Shown here piece by piece: positions 11,480-23,000 of a DNA stretch of 64,000 nucleotides (within the stretch, counting starts at the first letter, position 1; each line of letters starts with the position of its first letter). Below the pieces are notes generated by a model that was given only the letters and a program-made list of their open reading frames with translations, made no database searches and was not told where the DNA came from. The stretch covers positions 151,793,400 to 151,857,399 of the forward strand of contig NC_052158.1 of the NCBI RefSeq assembly GCF_902713615.1. Reading direction: 5' to 3'. The DNA is from Scyliorhinus canicula (taxonomy: Eukaryota). The position numbers were made by a program, and so were the translations under genes.

Positions 11480-12880
11480 ATTGGAGGAACAGATGAAATT
11501 ATGCCACCTCAGGAATGTACGGGCAGTGATTCAGATACCTGCAACTGCAGAAGACTTTGGCTTTCAGGGTGACTGAGACGTCCCTTTGTGAGATGCTCGC
11601 TCGGGAGATCCTTGCCTTGAGATCCTCCTGTCACATTGAAGTTGACAATGAAACTTTACTTCTTTGCAACAAGCTCACTCCAGGCAGCCTGTACGGGCCG
11701 CAATGGGGTAACACAGCCCGCTGCACACCATTACATCAAGGTGTTCACAGCTGAAATATTCTACATGTCTGGTAATTACAACCTCCTTCAGTCAGGATAT
11801 CAAAATTCAAATGGTGGCGGACAATTAAACAACTCACTGGGGGAAGAGGCTCCCCAAATTTCCCCACCATTAATGATGGAAGAGCCCAGCACATCTGTGC
11901 AAAAGGCAAGGCTGAAGCATTTGCAACAATCTTCGGCCAGAAATACTGAGCGGATGATCCACCTTAGCCTCATCCAGAGTTCCCCAGCATCACAGATCTC
12001 CTCTTCAGCCAATTTGATTCACTCCACATGATATCATGAAATGGCTGAAGGCACTGGATTGGAGTGGATTGGATTTGTTTATTGTCAAGTGTACCGAGAT
12101 ATTGTGAAAAGTATTTTTCTGCGAGCAGCTCAAACATTTAGTACATGAAAAGAAAAGAAAATTTATATTGGGTAATACAAGGTACACAATGCGAATACAT
12201 AGACACCGGCATCGGGTGAAGCATACAGGAGTGTAGTATTAATCAGGTTAGTCCATAAGAGGGTAGTTTAAGTGTCTGGTGACAGTGGGGAAGAAGCTGT
12301 TTTTGAATCTGTTCGTGGGTGTTCTCAGACTTTTGTATCTCCTGCCCGATGGAAGAAGTTGGAAGAGTGAGTAAGCCAGGTAGGAGGGGTCTTGATTATG
12401 CTGCCCACTTTCCCCAGGCAGCGGGAGGTGTAGACAGAGTCGATGGATGGGTGGCAGGTTCGTGTGATGGACTGGGCGGTGCTCACGACTTTCTGATGTT
12501 TTTTGCGGTCTTGGGCCGAGCAGTTGCCATACCAGGCTGTGATGCAGCCAGATAGAATGCATTCTATGGTGCATCTGTAAAAGTTGGTACTGCAAAGGCT
12601 GTGGGCCGACACTATTCTGGCAACAGTGCTGAAAACTTGTGCTGCAGAAAGTGCTGCACCCCTAACCAAGCTGTTCCAGTACAGTTATAACACTGGCATC
12701 GACCCGGCAATGTGGAGCATTTGCCAGGCATGTCCTGTGCACAAAAAAAGCAGGAGAAGTGCACCCGGCCAACGGCTAACCCATCTTGCAACTCTTGATC
12801 TTCAGTAAAGTAATGGAAGGGGTGCTACTAAGCTGGAATTACTCAGTAATAACCTGCTCACTGATGCTCAGTTTGGGCCA
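11480..12880 (+). mobile_element. Fragment of a second non-LTR retrotransposon family (RT region), interrupted by a Rex1-like element
   Basis: ..LKTCAAESAAPLTKLFQYSYNTGIDPAMWSICQACPVHKK.. pre-RT motif. Confidence 0.7.
12060..12586 (-). mobile_element. Rex1/Babar-like LINE 3' fragment
   Basis: NFYRCTIECILSGCITAWYGNCSAQDRKK..; LPSGRRY.SLRT.TNRFKNSFFP; (CAATC)n tail. Confidence 0.82.
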
Positions 12881-12884
12881 ATCC

Positions 12885-13150
12885 AGAGAGCTGAGCACAT
12901 GGTCTTACAGTCCCAGCGCAGTCGTGTGAGGCACTGCACTGTCTGTGATGCCAAAGTTTAGGTGAGATGTTAACCTAAGACCACATCTGCCCACTCAGAG
13001 GGGTGTAAAAGATCCAACACTGTTGTCTATGGGAGGTTTGTGTGCACAAAATGGCTGGCCGGCAGATTTTTCACATTATAGCGTGACCATTTCAAAAGGT
13101 CTTGAGGTACTCTGGGGCCTGAATTATGTAAGCTGCTGGAATGCTTATTC
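12885..13150 (+). mobile_element. Deu-domain SINE (SacSINE1/AmnSINE-like), degraded
   Basis: ctgcactgtc..gatgcc..tgagatgttaa..tctgcccactcag..gtaaaagatcc matches the Deu-domain as recalled. Confidence 0.6.
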
Positions 13151-13199
13151 ATTACGTTTTCTTTCTTCACTGATGTAAGTAGATAAGGGGAACCCCACC

Positions 13200-15445
13200 C
13201 TAACTCCCCCCAGTAAGCCTGACGTCGGTAGTGGGGAAAATTTTAGAATCTACTATCAAAGATTGTATAGCAGAGCAATTGGAAAACAGTGGCAGGATCA
13301 GATAGAGTTAGCATGGGGAAATCATGCTTGACAATTTTACTGGAATACTTTGACGCTGTAACTGGTAGAGTTGATGAGGGGAATGTAATTTATTTGGACT
13401 TTCAGAAGGCTTTTGACAAAGTCCCACATAAGAGATTAGCAGGTAAAATTAAAGTGCATGGGATTAGGGGTAGTGTATTGAGATGGGCATTAAAATGGTT
13501 GACAGAGAGGAAACAAAGAGTAGGAATTAATGGGTCTTTTTCAAATTGGCACGCGCTGACTAGTGGGGTACCGCAGGGATCGGTGCTGGGACCTCAGCTA
13601 CTCACAATATATACAGAGACATATGTAGAAAGAGAAGCAGGAGGAGGCCATTTGGCCCTTCAAGCCTGCTCTGCCATTCATTATGATCATGGCGGGTCAT
13701 CAAGTTCAATACCCTGGTCCCACTGACCCCCCCATATCCCTTGATACCTTTAGCCCTAAGAGCTATATAAAATTCCTTCTTGAAATTACACATTTCCACG
13801 TCAAATATTTTCTGTGGTAGAGAATTCAACAGATTCATCACTCTCTGGGTGAAGAAATTTCTCCTCACCTCAGTCTAAGGTTTCCTCCTTGTCCTCAAAC
13901 TGTGACCCCTAGTTCTGGATGCCCCCACCATCTGGCACATTCTTTTGAATCTACCCTGCCTAATCCTGTTAGAATTTTAATGGTTTCTGTGTGATGCCCT
14001 CTCATTCTTCTGAACTCCAATGAATATAATGTTGACCAACTTAGTCTCTCCTCATATGACCGTACCGCTATCCCAGGAATCAGGCTGGTAAACCTTTGCT
14101 GCACTCCCTTCAGAGCAAGAACATCCTTCCTCAGATAAGGACACCAAAATTGCACACAATACTCCAGGTGTGGGATCACCAATGTACTATATATATCTAT
14201 ATTAATGATTTAGATGAGGGAACAAAATGTGATATCTCCAGATTTGCAGATGACACCAAGTTGGGTGGGAGAGTGAGCTGTGAGGAGGATGCAGAGAACC
14301 TTCCGTGTGATTTGGACAAATTGAGTGAGTGGGCAAATGAATGGGAGATGCAGTATACTTTGGATAAGTGCAATGTTATCTACTTGGCAGCAAAAATGGG
14401 AAAGCAGACTATTATGGTCAGCACGGTAGCACAGTGGTTAGCCCTGTTGCTTCACAGTGGCAGGGTCCCAGGTTTGATTCTGGCTTGGCTCACTGTCTGT
14501 GTGGAGTTTGCATGTTCTTCCCGTGTCTGCATGGGTTTCCTCCGGATGCTGCCGTTTCCTCCCACAAGTCCCGAAAGACATGCTTGTTCGGTGAATTGGA
14601 CATACAGAACTCTCCCTCAGTGTACCCGAACAGGCGCCGGAATGTGGTGACAAGGGGATTTTCACAGAAACTTAATTGCAGTGTTAATGTAAACCTACTT
14701 GTGATAGAGGGGAATGTGCAACAAGGCCTGGGTGCCCTCGTACACCAGTCAATGAAGGAAAGCATGCAGATTCAGCCAGCATTTAAAGAAGCCAAGTGGT
14801 ATGCTGGCCTTTTTTGCGAAACGATTCACGTACAGGCGTAGGGATGTCTTGCTGCAACTATACAGAACCTAGGTGAGGCCAGATCTGGAATATTGTGCGC
14901 ACTTTTGGTCTCCTTATCTGAGGAAGGATGTTCTTGCTATAGGGGGAATGCAGCGAAGGTTTCGCAGACTGGTTCCTGGGATGGCAGGATGGACGTATGA
15001 GAAGAGATTGAGTCGGTTACGGTTGTATTCGTTGGAGTTCAGAAGAATGAGGGGGAATCTCATAGGAACATATAAAATTCTAACAGAACTAGACAGGGTA
15101 GATTCACAAAGGATGTTCCTGATGGTGTGGATGTCCAGAACCAGGAGCCAATGGCCACAGTCTGCTCAAACATTTAGGACAGAGATGAGGAGAACTTTCT
15201 TCACCCAGCAAGTGGTGAGCCTGTGGAATTCATTACCACAGGAAGTGGGTGAGACCAAAACATTATGTCTTCAAGAAGCAGTTAAATATAGCACTTGGGA
15301 CGAACAAGATTAAAGGATATGGGAGGGGGGGGGAGACAAGATTAGGTAATTGAGTTGGATGATCAGCCAATATCATAATGAATGGTGGAGCAGGCTCAAA
15401 GGGCCAAATATCCTCCTTCAGCTGCTGTTTTCTATGTTTCTATAT
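13200..15445 (+). mobile_element. CR1/HER1 LINE RT-to-3'-end fragment, interrupted by an inverted CR1 3' piece (~13613-14185) and a V-SINE (~14415-14706)
   Basis: KSCLT.L.E..VIYLDFQKAFDKVPH..SGVPQGSVLGP.L | YINDLD..FADDTKLG..RPDLEYC..WSPY; the frame resumes across the insertions. Confidence 0.9.
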
Positions 15446-16694
15446 AAAAATCCTGCGCACAATTTAATTTCCTTCTTAAGTCCCAGAAGATTCAATGAAT
15501 AAATGAGCCCATCTACTTTTGCCAAATTGTATTATTTATCTCCAGAAAGCTGAATTTTCTGGGAATGTGAACTAATGTTTCTATAGGACCCTTTATTTGA
15601 GCGTAGCACTGTTTTGATCAACATTGATGTCTGAACTGAAAACTGGCATCCTGTTGTTTTCTCAAACTTTATAGACACTTTAGTGTACATTACTGTATTC
15701 TCTATCCGAATATTTGATTCTACATTTGGTTATCACACATTGGTATATATTACGTCATTGTGTACAGTGAACCTGCTACAACACAATAAATTGTTATGCT
15801 GCAAATGACACTGGGGATTGTCTGTTCACAAGTATGACAGTGGCATTATTGTCCATTGTTGTGTTGACATGTATGTCATTATTTTTGATGCATCAGCAAA
15901 GTTCCGGCAATGGTTGGATGCGGCTTGGTGTTCAATTCACTTCGAGGATTTCCCTGGCATGCTAGCCAGACACTGACTGTCGTTCACAGATAAGAGCCAG
16001 ATTTTCAATGTTCCTCATTGATCTTCCACAGGGAATATAAGATTTTCTCAACTGGAGAATCTTCCCTGGAGCATAAATCCACTTGGGTGAGCAGAAGCGT
16101 TTACATGGCTCGTATCACCATAGGCAAGTCTTATATTAATAGATTGGAGTTACGTGAAAACTGTAAGTATAAACTTGCCTATGTTGGGATATATGAGGAT
16201 ACTATGAAGACAATCAGGTGACAGTGCATTTTATTTTTGATTGCCCACAAATTCCAGGCTGTTGGTAAAGATGTACCAGAAAATATTGAAGCATCCTAGT
16301 TGACCAGTGCCACATGCGACATTTTCTGCTTTTATTTCCAAATCCCATTTTCCCATTGATTCATATTGTCATTTGTTTGTTTGTGGTATTTTAAATCGTT
16401 TATTCGTTACTTGTGTTTCATTTCCATATATTGTTTCACATTATTTTATACTTTGTCTTAATAATTATCATATATCCTTTTTTTTCCAGCTATTTTCCTC
16501 CCATGAGTAGACAATTATAATAGAAATAGACATTGAACAAGACTTTAGGTTTTAACTTTAAAAACACAAGTGACTAAGTGAAATCAAAGAGAACGATGTG
16601 AAGGATGGGCTGCATTCAGTTTATCAATCAGTAGCTGTGCCACAACTTACCAAATCAGTATCACTTTTCCACAGCTTTGTTTAAGATGGGAGGT

Positions 16695-16848
16695 ACGGGT
16701 CACTGTCCGTGTGGAGTTTGCATATTCTCCCCGTGTTTGCATGGGTTTCGCACCCACAAGCCAAAAATATGCAGGCTAGGTGGATTGGCCACGCTAAATT
16801 GCCCCTTAATTGGAAAAAATGAATTGGGTACTCTAAATGTAAAAAAAG
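16695..16848 (+). mobile_element. 5'-truncated V-SINE, tail type C (..aattgggtactctaaat(A)n)
   Basis: V-domain + tail; flanked by duplicated atgggaggtac. Confidence 0.82.
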
Positions 16849-17048
16849 AATGGGAGGTACTGGCACAAGTCAAGGTGCGAGTGCAATTCCAGATAGAAAG
16901 AAATTAATGGGACAATAATGAAGACATTTGATGTAAGTTATATAAGCCTTTTGAAAAGAATATCCGGCAGAATAATTATCAGCCGAACTGTGGGTGAGAA
17001 TTTCATTTTTCACAAAGATCTTCTCATGGAGTGAATGTCAATTTGTAT

Positions 17049-17938
17049 AGTCATAGAGTCATAGAGGTTTACAACACGAAAACAGGCCCTTCGGCCCAAC
17101 ATGTCCATGCCGTCCAGTTTTTACGACTAAGCTAATCCCAATTACCGTCATTTGGCCTATAACATGGAACATAGAACATAGAACAGTACAGCACAGAACA
17201 GGCCCTTTGCCCCTCGATGTTGTGCCGAGCAATGATCACCCTACTCAAACCCACGTATCCACCCTATACCCGTAACCCAACAAACCCCCCCCCCCCCCTA
17301 ACCTTACTTTTAAGGGCATTACGGGCAATTTAGCATGGCCAATCCACCTAACCCACACATCTTTGGACTGTGGGAGGAAACTGGAGCGCCCGGAGGAAAC
17401 CCACGCACACACGGGGAGGACGTGCAGACTCCGCACAGACAGTGACCCAGCCGGGAACTGAACCTGGGACCCTGGAGCTGTGAAGCATTTATGCTAACCA
17501 CCATGCTACCGTGCTGCCCCAATAACCCTCTATACCCAAATTTCCCATAGTGTCAAAGATGTGGCAGAAAAGATGCATTAAAGCAAAGCTGAAACAATGG
17601 TGCGCACTATTTAAATCAGTAACATAAATCAGAATAGAATCACTACAGTGCAGAAGGAGGCCACACGGCCCATCGAGTCTGCACCAATGCTCTGAAAGAG
17701 CAATTGACCTAGGCCCACGCCCCTACCCTATCCCTGTAACCCTATCTCCCGTGCTTTTGGATACTAAGGGGCAATTTAGCATGGCCAGTCCACCTAAACA
17801 TCACATTTTTGGACTGTGGGAGGAAACCTATGCAGACACGGAGAGAAAGCGCAAACTCCACACAGACAGTTGCCGAGGCCAGAATTGAACTCGGATCCCG
17901 AGCGCTAGGAGACAGCAGTGCTAACCACTGGGCCACCC
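17049..17938 (-). mobile_element. Cluster: CR1 3' tail with nested HE1-like SINE (17166-17520), then a second HE1-like SINE (17630-17938)
   Basis: (catagaa)n tails, V-domain. Confidence 0.85.
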
Positions 17939-18147
17939 TTGTTTTTATGCTTGCATGATCACCTATATTCGACTTATGTTTGTTATTTATATCCTCTACA
18001 TGCATAATATCCATAGATGGCCAATGTGAAACAGTATTGCTTTCAAACACAAGTTTAGTATTGCAATAATTTACATAAGGACACAGGAACAGCAGTAGAA
18101 CATCCATCCCATGGACCCATTCTGTGATTGAATTGGATTAGTTAATG

Positions 18148-18812
18148 TGCAGGTTCAGTCGGCAGTTCAGAAGCAAATGCAATGTTAGCATTCATGTCAA
18201 GAGTGGTAGAATACAAGACCAGGGATGTATTTCTGAGGCTGTATAAGGATCTGGTCGGAGTATTGTCAGCAGTTTGGGGCCCCGTATCTAAGGAAGGATG
18301 TGCTGGCCTTGGAAAGGGTCCACAGGAGATTCACAAGAATGATCCCTGGAATTAAAACTTGTCGTATGAGGAATGGTTGAGGATGCTGGGTTTGTGCTCA
18401 TTGGAGTTTAGAAGGATGAGAGGAGATCTTATTGAAATCTACAAGATACTGCGAGGCCTGGATAGAGTGGACGTGGAGAGGATGTTTCCACTTGTAGGAA
18501 AAACTAGAACGAGAGGACAACATCTCAGATTAAAGGGACGATCCTTCAAACAGAGATGAGGAGGAATTCCTTCAGCCAGATTGTGGTAAATCTGTGGACT
18601 CTTTACCGCAGAAGGCTATGGAGGCCAAATCACTGAGTGTCTTTAAGGCAGAGATAGATAGGTTCTTGATTAATAAGGGGATCAGGGGTTATGGGGAGAA
18701 GCCAGGAGAATGAGGATGAGAAAATATCAGCCATGATTGAATGGCAGAGCAGACTCGATGGACCAAGTGGCCTCATTCTGCTCCTATGTCTTGTGGTCTT
18801 ATGGTCTTATGA
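18148..18812 (+). mobile_element. CR1/HER1 LINE 3' fragment
   Basis: SYEEWLRMLGLCSLEFRRMRGDLIEIYKILRGLDRVD; highly similar to 272-741. Confidence 0.9.
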
Positions 18813-19118
18813 TTGCTTATCTGTATCACAAATCTAGCTACACACTTTGTTTTCATTAACTACCAAAAGTGACTATCGCAGTTTTGATTGAATTACGTTT
18901 ATGTCCCATTCTGGATATTTTGAACAGGAGGAAATAGTTCACTCCAGCCACCCTTTCAACTCCCATAATCATTTTTAAAATCTTAATTAGATTGCCCAGT
19001 AATTTTCTATGACAAGTGAGTTGCAAGCCTAGTCTAACACCTGCTGTTGTTCAGATAAAGTGAAGAAAGTGTTACAAAGCTGTATTCAAGGGTAAATGAA
19101 AGGTATCAATGTTTTTTG

Positions 19119-20020
19119 TCAAGCGACTTTACTAATCAAGTTTTTCTTCGTATTGTTCTCTGGCCTTAGTAGAATAATATAACATTTTGGAACAAAAATG
19201 CAGACAAGTAGACCGAAGCTAGATGCCAGAATAGCAAACACTTCCACAGCTACAGTGTATTTACCAGGGGAACTTATGTAAGCTGGAATGAATGTTATCC
19301 AAACTGCGCAGAATATAAGCATGCTAAATGTAATAAACTTAGCCTCATTGAAATTGTCTGGCAATTTGCGGGCTAAGAAGGCAACCAGAAAGCAAACACA
19401 AGACAAAAATCCAATGTAACCAATTACCCAATAGAAAGCTGTCGCAGACCCAACATCACATTCTAAAATTATTATGTCCTTAAAATAGTCAACATTTTTC
19501 AATGGATAGGGTGGTGATATAATTAACCAGACTGTGCATATTAGACATTGTACAAGTGTAAGGATTAAAACAGCCAAGCGTTGTTGTATTGGCCCAAACC
19601 ACTTCATCATGTTATTATTAGGGAGGGTTGCATTAAAGGCCATCATCACAACCAATGTTTTGCCCAAAACGCAAGAAATGCAAAGGACAAAAGTAATGCC
19701 AAACGCTGTGTGACGTAGTATGCAAGACCAGATTGAAGGTTTTCCAATGAACGTTATTGAGCAGAGGAAGCACAGTGCTAAAGCAGAAAGAAGCAGAAAG
19801 CTTAATTCTGAGTTGTTGGCTTTAACAATGGGAGTGTTTATGTGAATGTAGAAAATGATGGTTACAGTTACAGTGAAGCCTGTTCCAAGTAAAGCCAACG
19901 TAACTAAAACAATCCCCATGATCTCATCAAAGGAAAGAAATTCGGTCATCTTCGGTATGCATAGGTTTCGCTGTTCATTCGACCATTGATCCCAAGGGCA
20001 TGTTAGACACATTACTGAAT
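19119..20020 (-). CDS. Gene B exon 6 (end of CRD + 7TM)
   Basis: aaatag|[16 protein letters not shown]..7TM..stop at 19119. Confidence 0.96.
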
Positions 20021-23000
20021 CTATTTAAAAAAATAAAAGTACATTAAATAAAGTTCCTTTTAGAAATTAGAACTATATTAATAGGTTAGAATTTACGAAT
20101 GACTAATTATAAATATGTGTGTGTTTACGTACCTGTCACGTTACTGATTTCACCTTCAGCACATTCTATACAATCGAAGCAGCAAATAGGTTGTCCTTTT
20201 CTGGCAGCTTTCCTTGTTCCAGTGGTACAGCTTGTGGAACAAAGTGCTTGTGGTATCTTATGCAAAGGAGAGGAGTACATGTTTGGAGCTTTGCAAGATT
20301 TCAAACTAGATCTAGTGACCAAGTAGCACAGTCTGATGTAAAACTTTAGGATCCAAATTTGATTTTAATATGTGGTGCCTTAGCCAAAATAAGTGTCAAA
20401 GATCGAAAAACTGGATTTGTAGGGGACTTGTGTTGGAAAGATTGATATCTGATCTTTTTTTAATGTAATTCTTTTTAAGTTATGCATTCATTCACAGGAT
20501 GTGGGCATCATGGGCAATGACATCATTTATTGTCCATCTCTAATTGTCTTATGAAGCTAGTGGTAGCAACTGAGTGACTTTCTAGCCCATTTCATAGAGC
20601 AGTTCAGACTCAGGCACTTTGCTGTGGATCTGGAGTCACACATGGGTCAAGCCAGGTGGCAAACCTCCTTCCCTACAGGACATTATGGAGCCAGTTGAAT
20701 TTTCCCAAAAATGCCTTTCTATATTGATGTCATTAATTGAATTTAAATTCGCCAAATGCCATGGTGGGATTTAAACAGATCCCATGATCATTAGTACAAG
20801 GCTCTGAATTACTAGCATAGTAACATAACTCTTATGCTACTATTTCCAATAATAATTGCTACTGTGCTATTCAACCATGGCCAAGTCACATGCTGGTCCA
20901 CTCTCGCAGCACAGCCATGCAAACAGGAGGGTTCGTGAAGATTAATTGAACGAGGAACTGAATTTCCTGAGACTTCTCTCCCTCATCAGCATTAAATTAT
21001 TTGGACATAGTCTGCTGGAGACCTGAAAAAATACGGAAAGACCCTATCAGCAAAGTAAATCTACGGCTACCTTTCTCTGGCCTCCGCTCCAGACAACGGC
21101 TCCTTCGTTAATGATGAACTCTTGGCCTGGGGGTGCGGATCCATCATAATATCCGACACTTACTACATCAGCCCCATTCCCAACGCTTTGCCAATTTACG
21201 ATGTCGTACGTTGCAACTGGATCCCCATTTTCGTCGAAGTGTACAGTTTCACCAGTCCGAGTGGTGAAATTGACCGCTTTCAAATACTGCAATAGCTTTA
21301 GAGAGAAGTGAAACAACAGGACTTCTATTAAAAAAATATAGCTGTGCAGGGGCCTTGCAATGTTTTCTATCGCACCATGAATATAATTGGAGCACTTTCT
21401 ACCAGAAGCTTTAAATGTAATTTCCATACCTGCTGTGATTGATAATTAGAAGCGTGTTTACACGCGTTATAAGTGGATGCTCCATTCATGGCTTCGCATG
21501 AGAACATATTGTGCAGAGCATGTGCAAGAGCATACGTTGCTTTGTACACGTTATACGTAACTCTCAGGTGAGATGAATCGGTGTAGGTGTTCTTAATTGT
21601 TTGCAATTTCTCTCTCCCTGTACATTCTTGCTCCGTTCCATTTGCTTTATTTCGCGGCGAGCTCAGACGACAACTGAAAGTTGATTCCCAAAACTCTTCC
21701 AGTAAACTATTTCCTGGGTCTGCCGAAGGGTGTATTTGCATTAGGAATTCCTGAAAACCGGGTATATTTACTTGACGTATTGCGATCCCCAATGTTCCAA
21801 TTAGAAACTTCCGCCTTTGTTCTGAGGGTAGAATTGGTGTGGATATCCAGGCCTCGCTTCCTATCCATTGGATGCCGGTGATATCTTGCCTCGCGATCTC
21901 CTTTAGCAAAATGGCCATATCACCTTCAGCGACGAAAGCCACAATCACTTTTGTGCTTGATTCCTTCACAGCTCTCACAGTCTTGAGGAGCTTTTCCCTG
22001 GGATAGGTCCTGTAAAAGGACTCTGTAAAGGCAATGCAAACGCCGAGCTCCCGCACGGCCTCTACGAACGCTTGCATCCCAAAGTTACCATAGTCGTTGT
22101 CACTCTTGATCGTTCCGATCCAGTTCCATCCAAAGTGTTTCACGAGTTGCGCCAAGGCCCTTGCCTGATAGTAGTCACTGGGTATTGTTCTAAAAAATGA
22201 CGGGTATTCCTCTTTGTTGCTCAAACATGCACATGTTGAAAAGTAACTGACCTGTGGGAAATGGAAACTTTAGAAACAATATTGCAAAAGTCACTAAGGC
22301 AATGTGTCAGTGGTCAGGCTTGCAAATGTAGGATTTGCTTTAGAAACAATATTGCAAAAGTCACTCCGGCAATGTGTCAGTGGTCAGGCTTGCAAATGTA
22401 GGATGGTGCAGAACTTTACCCCTGAACTCTGCCTCATGAGGCGATTGCAGGTGATACACTGCAAAGTGAACTTCGGATGTGAGCACGATTGACATGTCGA
22501 ATATATTCGACAGAGATTTAATACCCATGATGTGGGGATGCCGGCGTTGGACTGGGGTGGGCTCAGTCAGAAGTCTTCCAACACTAGGTTAAAGTCCAAC
22601 AGGTTTGTTTGGAATCACTAGCTTTCACCTGAGGAAGGAGCTATGCTCCAAAAACTAGTGATTCCAAACACACCTGTTGGACTTTAGCCTGGTCTTCGAA
22701 GACTATATATTAATACGTCATTGTATAGTGGCACGGTAGCACTGTGGTCAGCACTGTTGCATCACAGGGCCGGTGTCCCGGCTTGGGACACTCTCTGTAT
22801 GGAGTCTGCATGTTCATCCCATGTTGGTTTCCTCCGGACACTCCGGTTTCCTCCCACAAGTCTCGAAAGATGGGTTGTTAGGTGAACTGGATATTCTGAA
22901 TTCTCCCTCTGTGTACCCGAACAGGCGCCAGAATATGGCAACTAGGGGCTCTTCACAGTCACTTCATTGCAGTGTTAATGTAAGCCTACTTGTGACAATA

